Assembly (NCBI GenBank): GCA_902798815.1
Contig: CADBYH010000001.1
Location: forward strand, 5,554 to 69,553
Origin: an uncultured Erysipelotrichaceae bacterium
GTDB lineage: Bacteria > Bacillota_I > Bacilli_A > RF39 > UBA660
Length of the DNA stretch: 64,000 nucleotides
Reading direction: 5' to 3'
Positions within the stretch are counted from its first letter, which is position 1; each line of letters begins with the position of its first letter. Below are positions 55,992-64,000 of this stretch, piece by piece. The notes beneath the pieces were generated by a model. That model was not told the origin of the DNA, made no database searches, and saw only the letters and a list, made by a program, of their open reading frames with translations. The position numbers and the translations under genes were made by a program.

Positions 55992-57884
55992 ATGGATGAA
56001 AAAGAATTCAATGATGCTAGCGAATTATATAATAATCCATCAGTATCAGAAGTAAATAAAATATATTTATGTTTTTCTAGTCGAGCAAAAAAAATATGTA
56101 TCTCAAAAGAAGGAGAATCTACATATTTATATATTAATAAAAATTATTATGAAGAACATAAAGAAGAAATAGATAAATTAATAATAAATATTATCAGAGA
56201 ATATAAAAAAGAAGAAATATGTATTGGATCTGGTAAGTTAATAAATGATGAAGTTATAAAAGAAATATGTAATAATGAAATTATAAAAATAGTGTCTCTA
56301 GCAAAATATGGATTCTTTGATAAATACTCTCTATCAAAAAAACATTTTGAAATGTTTAAAAATTCCAATAAAGAATTAATAAAAACACAGTATATTGATA
56401 AAGAATTAGAAGAAACATTTGATCCTATAATAGATTTTAATAATGAAAAATTTCTATTTTCATATTATAAATATCAAGATTTACAGAAAGAGAAGATAAA
56501 TTTTTTTTCTCCAATTCCTCAAGATAAGTTATACTATCTAAAATATTTAGGAGATAAAACAGTAATAACAATATCAACAAACTGTAATATTAAAGAAATA
56601 ATTGAAACGTTAAAAAAATATAAAAAAAATACTCAAGTAAAAATAGAGGTTTTAGATAAAAACATTTTAAATCAAGCACTTATAGATTTAGGATATTTTG
56701 ATTCTAATTCAGAAAAGTATGATAATATTACTATAATTCCTAAGAGTATAAAAAAAGATAATATATCAATAAAAAAGTACTTAGAATATGAAAGACTATT
56801 ATATAGTATAGTAGAACCTGCAATGAATATGTCACCATTTGAAAAATATATCTACGCTTATGATATTGTTAAAAGGTTCAAGAAGTATAATAAACCTAAG
56901 AAGGATAATAAGAATATAGACAATTTGCCAAGTGAAGTATATATAAACATTAAGAGCTCCTCAAGAGATTTATATCAAATATTAGATAATGATTATATAG
57001 TATGTGTTGGTTTTGCTAATTTTTTAGGTGATTTATTAACAAAACTAGGAATAGATAATATTGGTTTACCTGTATTTGTTGATGTTAGTTCAACAAAAGC
57101 AACAAAACAAATAGACATATCTAAAGATGAATGGAAAAAACTTACGCCAGAAGAAAAACATAGGTTAATCACAAAGCAACAATCTTATATTCCAAAAGAT
57201 GATTTTAGTGGTCATCGAAGACTAATGGTTCATATTAAAGATGAAAAATATGGAATAGATGGAATATATTATTCAGATCCAACTTGGGATAATTTTATAG
57301 ATAGAAATATTTATGCTCATGCTATCATGACAGAAAATGATGTTTCAACTTCGGTATCAACAAATAAATTAGATGATAAATACCTATTATTTTCCGCAAC
57401 AAGTATAGATGAATTTAATGCTATGCTAAATACAATAATGGATACACATTCAAGAAAAAGAAGAAAAGAATATGTAGAAACAAAAAAGAAAGGACGTAAA
57501 ATAACCCCTAATATTATTAATAGAGATGCTATTTTTGACTTTCATTATGTATTCAATAACTTTTTAAAAGAATTCTCTAAATTGTTCCATAAAGAGAGTG
57601 ATAAAATAAAGGAAAAATATTCTTGTTTAAATGAAACCAATTATGGTATTAAAAATATCTATAAGATGGGTGATGAAATAAAAGAAGTTATATATGAAAT
57701 AGCAGTAACTATTGTCTCAAAAAATAATAAAACAATAGATAATGACATGTTAAAAAATGCCATAAGTGAAATATATAAAGATGCCTATGAAGACGGATTA
57801 AGAAAAGAAGAATTAGATAAAATTGTTGAAGATACAGAACAAGCAAGAACAGTTGAATTTGGATCTTCTAAAAGAACTATCTAG
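55992..57884 (+). CDS. hypothetical 630-aa protein with a transglutaminase-like Cys-His-Asp core in its middle
   Basis: No signal peptide. The arrangement YIVCVGFANFLGDLL (Cys338) ... SGHRRLMVHIKDEKYGIDGIYYSDPTWD (His408/His414, Asp429) resembles the transglutaminase-like cysteine protease core. Confidence 0.5.
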   Translation: MDEKEFNDASELYNNPSVSEVNKIYLCFSSRAKKICISKEGESTYLYINKNYYEEHKEEIDKLIINIIREYKKEEICIGSGKLINDEVIKEICNNEIIKIVSLAKYGFFDKYSLSKKHFEMFKNSNKELIKTQYIDKELEETFDPIIDFNNEKFLFSYYKYQDLQKEKINFFSPIPQDKLYYLKYLGDKTVITISTNCNIKEIIETLKKYKKNTQVKIEVLDKNILNQALIDLGYFDSNSEKYDNITIIPKSIKKDNISIKKYLEYERLLYSIVEPAMNMSPFEKYIYAYDIVKRFKKYNKPKKDNKNIDNLPSEVYINIKSSSRDLYQILDNDYIVCVGFANFLGDLLTKLGIDNIGLPVFVDVSSTKATKQIDISKDEWKKLTPEEKHRLITKQQSYIPKDDFSGHRRLMVHIKDEKYGIDGIYYSDPTWDNFIDRNIYAHAIMTENDVSTSVSTNKLDDKYLLFSATSIDEFNAMLNTIMDTHSRKRRKEYVETKKKGRKITPNIINRDAIFDFHYVFNNFLKEFSKLFHKESDKIKEKYSCLNETNYGIKNIYKMGDEIKEVIYEIAVTIVSKNNKTIDNDMLKNAISEIYKDAYEDGLRKEELDKIVEDTEQARTVEFGSSKRTI

Positions 57885-57897
57885 TTCTTTTTTTTAA
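57871..57897 (+). terminator. Rho-independent terminator overlapping the stop codon
   Basis: Stem AAAAGAACTA / TAGTTCTTTT followed by a T-run. Confidence 0.65.
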
Positions 57898-57929
57898 TAA
57901 TAAATAATATATTTTTATAGGTGATTATC

Positions 57930-59009
57930 ATGAAATTTGATAAAACTTTATTTTTTACAGTAATTATTTTATCGTTATTTGGATTACTTATGATATATTC
58001 ATCTTCTAATATATGGGCAGAATACAAGTTTAATGATTCCTTTCATTATTTAAAATATCAAACAGTATTCTTTATATTGGGATTAATTATAATGATATTT
58101 GTATCAAAAATAAATTATCCAATTTATTATAAATATTCAAACAAAATATTATTAGTATCATTAATTCTTCTTATACTAGTTTTAATTCCAGGTATAGGAA
58201 GTATTAGAAATGGAAGTAGAAGTTGGTTTGGTATAGGTCAATTAGGAATTCAACCAAGTGAAGCGGCAAAAATAAGTTTAATAATTTTTACTAGTAAATA
58301 CTTATCTTTAAATGAAAAATATATAAATAACTTTTTAAAAGGAGTAATACCTATATTATTAATAGTAGGAATTTTCTTTTTTCTAATAATGCTTCAACCA
58401 GACTTGGGAACAGGATTAATATTAGTTTTATCAATAATATCAATTTTATTTATTGCTGGTGTATCAATGAAGTTTTTTATTACAGGAGGATTTTTAGGTA
58501 TATTATGTGTAATTGTATTAATTATAATTGCTCCATATAGAATGGATAGAATAACATCATTTATTAATCCTTGGAAAGATTCTTTAGGAACAGGATTTCA
58601 GATGATCCAAAGTTTATATGCTATTGGACCAGGTGGATTACTAGGATTAGGTTTAGGAAACTCTATCCAAAAACATTTTTACTTACCAGAACCACAAACA
58701 GATTTTATATTTTCAATAATTTCAGAAGAGTTTGGAGTTATGGGAGCAATAATTGTAGTAGGTTTATTTTCAATTTTATTATATAGAGGAATAAAAATAT
58801 CTTTAAATACTAAAGACTCATTTTCTAAATATTTATCTTTTGGTATTTTATTTCAAATAATATTTCAAGCAATAATGAATTTATCGGTTGTAGTAGGGTT
58901 AATACCCGTAACAGGAGTGACTCTTCCATTTCTATCTTATGGAGGATCATCTTTACTAGTAAGCATGGGATCTATTGGAATAATTTTAAATATTTCAAAA
59001 CCGAATTAA
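57930..59009 (+). CDS. SEDS-family peptidoglycan glycosyltransferase (FtsW/RodA/SpoVE)
   Basis: Ten-TM layout with QPSE, LQPDLGT, and TDFIFSIISEEFG and LPFLSYGGSS blocks. The ATG at 57930 follows RBS AGGTGA. Confidence 0.88.
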   Translation: MKFDKTLFFTVIILSLFGLLMIYSSSNIWAEYKFNDSFHYLKYQTVFFILGLIIMIFVSKINYPIYYKYSNKILLVSLILLILVLIPGIGSIRNGSRSWFGIGQLGIQPSEAAKISLIIFTSKYLSLNEKYINNFLKGVIPILLIVGIFFFLIMLQPDLGTGLILVLSIISILFIAGVSMKFFITGGFLGILCVIVLIIIAPYRMDRITSFINPWKDSLGTGFQMIQSLYAIGPGGLLGLGLGNSIQKHFYLPEPQTDFIFSIISEEFGVMGAIIVVGLFSILLYRGIKISLNTKDSFSKYLSFGILFQIIFQAIMNLSVVVGLIPVTGVTLPFLSYGGSSLLVSMGSIGIILNISKPN

Positions 59010-59092
59010 GTAGATTCATATTGTTTACATTAATATACAATATATAATATAATTATCATATATAACAATAATCATAGTAAGGAGGATCATCA

Positions 59093-62000
59093 ATGTCAAA
59101 TATATATGATATAGCAAGTAGAATAGTAAATGCAATTGATTTAGAAGAAGCAACACATATACTATATAATGATGAAGGTATAAGTATAAATACAAGTGAA
59201 TACTATCAATCTATTATATCCAATTTTTTAAAGAAAAAAGAGACAATCATAAAAAAAGATAATAATGGTAATTTGATATTTGATCTTAATAATATTAATG
59301 ATTTATATAATATAGTAATTATATCTGAATATATAAAAGAAAAAGATTTATTAATAAAAGAATTCGATAGATTTAGAGAAGAAAGTTCTATTCAAATCGA
59401 AACATATTATCATCAATATAACAAAATAGTTAGTGAACATAGAGGTACTGGAAATGTAGATCATAATGACATAAACATAAGAGCGAATGAAAAAAAAGAT
59501 GAATTAATTAATTATATTAGAAGTATATTCAATGATCCATCAATAGATATAACAGGAAGTTTTACTCTTCATAATATAATGAGATTATATAATAATTTGT
59601 TAAATGAAAAATATAAAAATCAAATCGAAACTTATTATGAATATGATTGGGTTTCTCTTGCAAATTCAAATGGATTAGATGATAGAACAATAAAAAAGTT
59701 AAAACAAGATGTTAATATTTTTCATAAATTTAGAAATTGCTTTGGACATAATTATAATGGAACTAATATAGATAAAAATGTAGAGATAAATAATGATGCA
59801 TTTAAATTAATAATTCCAATCGAATATATCGATGGTTTCAACAAAGGAGAAATAAAAGTAAATGATAATGATAAGATAATAATTGATAGAACAAATTATA
59901 TTATTTCACCATTACTAAGCAAATTAAATTATAATATTTCAAATATTAGAAGTTTTTTCTATAACACTAGCACTGAAAACCTTGAAATGTTATTAAATTA
60001 TTTTGAAAATGATATAGACAAAATATATAAATTACCTCCAATGGCTTTTAAAAATGCCAAATCAACAATCATGTTTATGCAAAATGAAATTGACGTATCA
60101 AAACTAAATTATTTCTCATTTCCAGTTAGAAGTTCATCAGTTGCTAGAGACTTAGAAGATATGGCAATAGATAAAATTCATGCAGCAATTAAAGATGCAG
60201 ATACACCTTTGGATTTTCCAAATGAATCAATAAAACTACATAAAGCAGGAATAGATATATTGAATTTACCATTACCTGCATTTCTAAATCCAGAAAATAC
60301 TATTAAAATGTATGAAAATGGAGTGAATATAAAGAATTTATCAGTATTTGGATATAGCAAACCAAATGAAGTTTTATTATTACAAAAATATTTTAAAAAT
60401 TACAATATTGATATAACAGAATTACCTAATATTGCATTTGAATTTCCTAAAAATGCAATTATGCTAAATCAGTATTTTAAAAATAGCAATAAAGATATCA
60501 CAGAATTCCCAGATTATGTATTTTATAAACCAAAGGAAACTATAAAACTTTTTAAAAAAGGAATAGATATAATTGATACAATAAAAAATGCAGAAGATGA
60601 TTTTAAAAACCTCTTTGTAACATCAATATTTAGGTTAGGGCAAAACAAAAAAATGGATATTACAAAATTATCAGCTACAGCTATAGATGTTCCAAAAATA
60701 GCATTAAAATTAAAAAAACATGGAATTGATGTAAGTGAATTGAATGGCTATGCACTTTATTATTATAAGAATGTTATTAAACTAAAAAAACATGGAATAG
60801 ATGTGACAAAAATAGAAGACTGTTCTTTTGAAATTCCAGATAATATAATAAAATTATATGATTATTTTGAAGGAAAAGAATTGGATATAACAGAATTATC
60901 TCATATTGCTTATAACTATCCAGATGAAGTTATACAGTTATATGAAAATGGTATAAATATAAAAAAACTTGAAAAAAACAACTCATCAGATTTTATTATG
61001 ATGGATATAGAGGAAGTATATAATAATACACAAAATATAATAAAACTACATAATTATTTTAAAGATAAGAATATTGATATTACATATTTTAAATACTATG
61101 CATTTGAATACTATAATGAAACAATTGCTCTTTACGAAAATGGAATAGATATATCTAAATTAAAAAATGATATTCAATTTAAAAACTATAAAACTACAAT
61201 TAAATTATATAATTACTTTAAAGATAAAAATATAGATATAACAGAATTTCCTTCTGCTGCGTATGAAATTCCTGAAGCAGCAATCAAGTTATATGAATAC
61301 TTTTCTCCTAAAAACATTAATATTATAAATTTTGCAGATTCTATTTATAAAAATTATAAATCAGTTATTGAATTATATGAAAGAGGCATAGATTTAACGA
61401 ATTCTGATGAAAATAATAATTTATCTAAATTATTACTAAAAAGTAAAGGTGGTGAAAACAAATTCATAGAAAATGCTATAACACTATCAGAAAATGGTAT
61501 AGATATTAATGATAATTCTTATTCTGAAGGAATATTTTATAATGCATATGCAACAATAGAATTATTAAAATCAGGTGTAGATATTAAAAAATTACCAGAA
61601 TATGCTTTTGAAGATTGCTATAGTGGAGAAGCATCAAATAAAGCATTATGCCTATACAAATATTTTAAAGATAAAAATTTTGATATAACAACATTACCAT
61701 CAGCTGCATTTTATAGAATAGAAAATACAATTAAACTATATGAAGTAGGAATTGATATAACAAAACTAAAAGAGATATCATTTGAACAACCTGAAAATAC
61801 AATAAGACTTTATAAATCAGGAATAGATGTTTTAAGCTTACCAGAAAAATTATTAACAGAGGATAATGCTAATCCAGAAAATATAAAATATATACTTAAT
61901 GTAGTAGATAATAATTATGAAAGATTAGATGAATTTCCAATAGATTTATATATATGTGATACTGTATTATTGGATGAAATGCTTAATAAATATAATGTAA

Positions 62001-62515
62001 ATATTGCAAAGAGTATTTTTGGAACAAATAATCCAAAAATTATAGCATCTCTGATATATTGTAATAGTGTTTTAAGCAGATATGATGAAGATTCAAACAT
62101 ATCTGATTCAATTGATATTAATACATTAAGAATTATATGTGATGGATATCGTAACACATCAAAATATGATAACAATATAACCAATACAAATATAAATCCT
62201 AATAATTATTTTGAACAATATTATATTGATTCTAACAATGGGAATAGAAGAGAACAACCTCAAATAAAAGCATTTATTATAAGAAAAATAAGAAATGCAT
62301 GTATTCACTTTAGATTTAAACCTGTATATGATAAAGAAGGAAACATGGTTGAAGATATGGTTTATTTATATGATAAAAATAATGATTTTTCGCCAACTAA
62401 TTTCAATACAATAATTAAATTAAAAGATTTAATAGAAATAGTTAATAAAGTTGAAACAAAAATTGAACAAGAAGAAATAAGATTAAACCAACAATCTGCA
62501 GTAAGAACAATATAA
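59093..62515 (+). CDS. 1140-aa protein with two terminal HEPN-like RNxxxH motifs flanking a long tandem-repeat array
   Basis: Strong RBS AAGGAGG. Motif 1 is FHKFRNCFGHNYNG (R214-H219, nt 59732-59749). Motif 2 is IIRKIRNACIHFRF (R1067-H1072, nt 62291-62308). About 20 repeats of 24 or 28 aa lie between them. No signal peptide or TM segment. Confidence 0.65.
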   Translation: MSNIYDIASRIVNAIDLEEATHILYNDEGISINTSEYYQSIISNFLKKKETIIKKDNNGNLIFDLNNINDLYNIVIISEYIKEKDLLIKEFDRFREESSIQIETYYHQYNKIVSEHRGTGNVDHNDINIRANEKKDELINYIRSIFNDPSIDITGSFTLHNIMRLYNNLLNEKYKNQIETYYEYDWVSLANSNGLDDRTIKKLKQDVNIFHKFRNCFGHNYNGTNIDKNVEINNDAFKLIIPIEYIDGFNKGEIKVNDNDKIIIDRTNYIISPLLSKLNYNISNIRSFFYNTSTENLEMLLNYFENDIDKIYKLPPMAFKNAKSTIMFMQNEIDVSKLNYFSFPVRSSSVARDLEDMAIDKIHAAIKDADTPLDFPNESIKLHKAGIDILNLPLPAFLNPENTIKMYENGVNIKNLSVFGYSKPNEVLLLQKYFKNYNIDITELPNIAFEFPKNAIMLNQYFKNSNKDITEFPDYVFYKPKETIKLFKKGIDIIDTIKNAEDDFKNLFVTSIFRLGQNKKMDITKLSATAIDVPKIALKLKKHGIDVSELNGYALYYYKNVIKLKKHGIDVTKIEDCSFEIPDNIIKLYDYFEGKELDITELSHIAYNYPDEVIQLYENGINIKKLEKNNSSDFIMMDIEEVYNNTQNIIKLHNYFKDKNIDITYFKYYAFEYYNETIALYENGIDISKLKNDIQFKNYKTTIKLYNYFKDKNIDITEFPSAAYEIPEAAIKLYEYFSPKNINIINFADSIYKNYKSVIELYERGIDLTNSDENNNLSKLLLKSKGGENKFIENAITLSENGIDINDNSYSEGIFYNAYATIELLKSGVDIKKLPEYAFEDCYSGEASNKALCLYKYFKDKNFDITTLPSAAFYRIENTIKLYEVGIDITKLKEISFEQPENTIRLYKSGIDVLSLPEKLLTEDNANPENIKYILNVVDNNYERLDEFPIDLYICDTVLLDEMLNKYNVNIAKSIFGTNNPKIIASLIYCNSVLSRYDEDSNISDSIDINTLRIICDGYRNTSKYDNNITNTNINPNNYFEQYYIDSNNGNRREQPQIKAFIIRKIRNACIHFRFKPVYDKEGNMVEDMVYLYDKNNDFSPTNFNTIIKLKDLIEIVNKVETKIEQEEIRLNQQSAVRTI
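60032..61845 (+). repeat. coding tandem-repeat array (about 20 units of 24/28 aa) inside the HEPN-like ORF
   Basis: The short unit is xxAFxxPxxTIKLYxxGIDIxxLx. The long unit is xxAFxxPxxxIKLYxYFKDKNIDITEFP. Examples: SAAYEIPEAAIKLYEYFSPKNINIINFA, SAAFYRIENTIKLYEVGIDITKLK, EISFEQPENTIRLYKSGIDVLSLP. DNA-level similarity is visible, with TTTTAAAGATAARAATWTWGATATWACA recurring near 61060, 61215 and 61665. Confidence 0.8.
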
Positions 62516-62578
62516 TAATGCTAGTTGTGAAAAATAAAAACATTTGATATAATAACCAGACATCTAGGGGGAATATAA

Positions 62579-63592
62579 ATGAAAGAGGTAAAACCAAATG
62601 TTAAAGAAGATTTCAGGTTAGCAAAAAAAGTTATGATGAATTCAAATCCTACTTTGTTATCTGCAGGAAAATATGAAATATATAGACCGTATTTTGCTTC
62701 AACTCAAAATCTTAATTATATAAGTGATCTAACAAAGAAAATGGATATTAAAAGTGCCTTCACAATATTAGGTAGTGGAGAACCAGTATTTGAATTAATA
62801 AGTCAAGATGTAGATAATATTATCGCAACAGATACCAATCCATTTACTAAGTATATATATTATTTGAAAAAAGCTGCTATAAAAACTTTATCTAATAAAG
62901 AGTATGTATCATTCATGTTAGATCCATATAACAACAATTTTTTATCAAAAAAAATAATATCAGAAAAAGTATCATCAGGATTTTCCAAAAAAGAAAAAGA
63001 CTATTTAGAATTTTGGGATAAAATTCTTAACTATGATAGTAGAGAATTATTAATTTATGGGTTTTTTAGACCAGCATTTAGATATACAACAGCAGAAGAT
63101 AGAAAATTATACTCAACTTATATTCATACAAAAAAATATGATCAATTAAAAGAAAAAATAGATAGTGTTAATATAAAGATTTATCAAGAGGAAGCAAAAG
63201 AACTATTAGATAATTTAGATGAATCTTTTGATTATATAGATATAACTAATATTTTATTGTTTGTAGTACAACAATATGATATAGATTCAAAAGATTTTGA
63301 TACTTATATGAAAGATTTAAAAGCGATAATAAGTAAACGCTTAAATGATAATGGTATATTTATAATAGATTATATGTTTAAAACACATAATCCAAAACAA
63401 TATCTAATAGATAGAACTACCAAAACAAATGACTTAATGTCTAGAATTAATGATATATATTCAATTATTTATAGAACAGTAAATGAATATTTTAATGTTC
63501 AGGCAGTTAAGTATAAAGCAATTCCAAGTACAATAAATAATCCAGTAGAAAATAAAATGCCAGATCAAGTTGTATATACAAAAAAGATATAG
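62579..63592 (+). CDS. putative SAM-dependent enzyme of the DUF3419 (BtaA-like) family
   Basis: The pattern FTILGSGEPVFELISQDVDNIIATDTNPFTKYIYYLKKAAIKTLSNKEYVSFM resembles the DUF3419 N-terminal Rossmann segment (ItSaG.N.ldyL...v.avDlNp.Q..ll.LK.aai). Recognised from memory only. Confidence 0.45.
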   Translation: MKEVKPNVKEDFRLAKKVMMNSNPTLLSAGKYEIYRPYFASTQNLNYISDLTKKMDIKSAFTILGSGEPVFELISQDVDNIIATDTNPFTKYIYYLKKAAIKTLSNKEYVSFMLDPYNNNFLSKKIISEKVSSGFSKKEKDYLEFWDKILNYDSRELLIYGFFRPAFRYTTAEDRKLYSTYIHTKKYDQLKEKIDSVNIKIYQEEAKELLDNLDESFDYIDITNILLFVVQQYDIDSKDFDTYMKDLKAIISKRLNDNGIFIIDYMFKTHNPKQYLIDRTTKTNDLMSRINDIYSIIYRTVNEYFNVQAVKYKAIPSTINNPVENKMPDQVVYTKKI

Positions 63593-63610
63593 GAAACTAT
63601 ATCTTTTTTT
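63581..63610. terminator. bidirectional terminator between convergent genes
   Basis: Stem AAAAGATATAG / CTATATCTTTT with loop GAAA. A-run and T-run flanks. Confidence 0.75.
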
Positions 63611-64000
63611 AACTTATTTTTTTAATAAAATCTTGCATTGTTATATCACTTTGAATTGGATATCTTGGTACTTTATATTTATCACTTGTTCTTCTAGCTT
63701 TAACATTCCCACCAGCAAATGCAACTTTAAAACCTAAATCTTTAACTGCTTTAATTGCTTCATCATCATATGAATAAAATGGATAACAGAATGATGTATT
63801 ATCTTTAATAATATCAAGTGATTTCTGAAGATCTGCTTTTGCTTGATCATAATTAGCACATACTAATTGACCTCTTCCACAATCACCATATTTATGCATA
63901 TCAAATGTATGTGATTGTACCTCTAAATAATCGGATTGATAATTACTTATATCCCACCATCCAGCAATTAAAAATAGAGTAGCGTGCATTTTATATTCTT
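63609..64000 (-). CDS. polysaccharide deacetylase-family protein, C-terminal part (N-terminus beyond window end)
   Basis: The C-terminal region (HTFDMH..., FCYPFYSYDDEAIKAVKDLGFKVAF) resembles CE4/NodB deacetylases. The ORF remains open at the window edge. Confidence 0.55.
   Translation of the reverse strand, partial: EYKMHATLFLIAGWWDISNYQSDYLEVQSHTFDMHKYGDCGRGQLVCANYDQAKADLQKSLDIIKDNTSFCYPFYSYDDEAIKAVKDLGFKVAFAGGNVKARRTSDKYKVPRYPIQSDITMQDFIKKIS

Noticed and set aside
61915-62184. ORF 61915-62184 (-) as a possible antisense partner (antitoxin-like) of the HEPN-like gene
   Set aside because: It lies wholly within the + strand ORF and has no RBS or promoter that I could see. Its translation is low-complexity. 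Nothing supports it beyond being an open frame in AT-rich DNA.
59093-62515. Calling the 1140-aa dual-RNxxxH protein a Cas13 effector or a type VI CRISPR locus
   Set aside because: I found no direct-repeat/spacer array in any intergenic region of the window. There are no cas1/cas2 or type VI accessory genes. The centre of the protein is a tandem-repeat array unlike any Cas13 crRNA-binding lobe. Only the architectural analogy is retained.

Overview
This is a very AT-rich chromosomal segment of Bacillota (Firmicutes) type. It uses the standard code: TGA is a stop and Trp is always TGG. Almost all genes are on the + strand. An intact sigK suggests an endospore-forming lineage.

The conserved backbone, in order:
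- polA (3-prime part), mutM, pyk, gmk, tmcAL.
- The distal half of the dcw division cluster: murG, murB, divIB, ftsA, ftsZ.
- vanZ, a Wzx-type flippase, sigK, a NodB deacetylase, yqeG, yqeH.
- The proximal half of the dcw cluster: mraZ, rsmH, ftsL, a PASTA-containing class B PBP.
- guaD, an ABC-2 exporter, ruvA, ruvB, queA, tgt, an M18 aminopeptidase, and a SEDS protein.

I saw no rRNA or tRNA gene, CRISPR array, transposase or integrase.

Four accessory blocks are embedded in this backbone:
1. 59093-62515: a 1140-aa protein with two RNxxxH (HEPN-type) motifs, one near each terminus, bracketing about 20 tandem 24/28-aa repeats. The layout resembles Cas13, but there is no CRISPR array. This is my top candidate for a new system.
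2. 44628-48487: a compact LysR, radical-SAM, NADAR-DHH/DHHA2 fusion operon. It is bracketed by two paralogous secreted proteins.
3. 8538-16648: five tandem, diverged paralogs of a polytopic membrane protein plus a sixth protein that looks like a GT-C glycosyltransferase. All are inserted between divIB and ftsA.
4. 19255-21691: a minus-strand trio that includes an arginase homolog lacking several canonical Mn-ligand and catalytic residues.

All family assignments come from motif recognition by eye. No searches were run.
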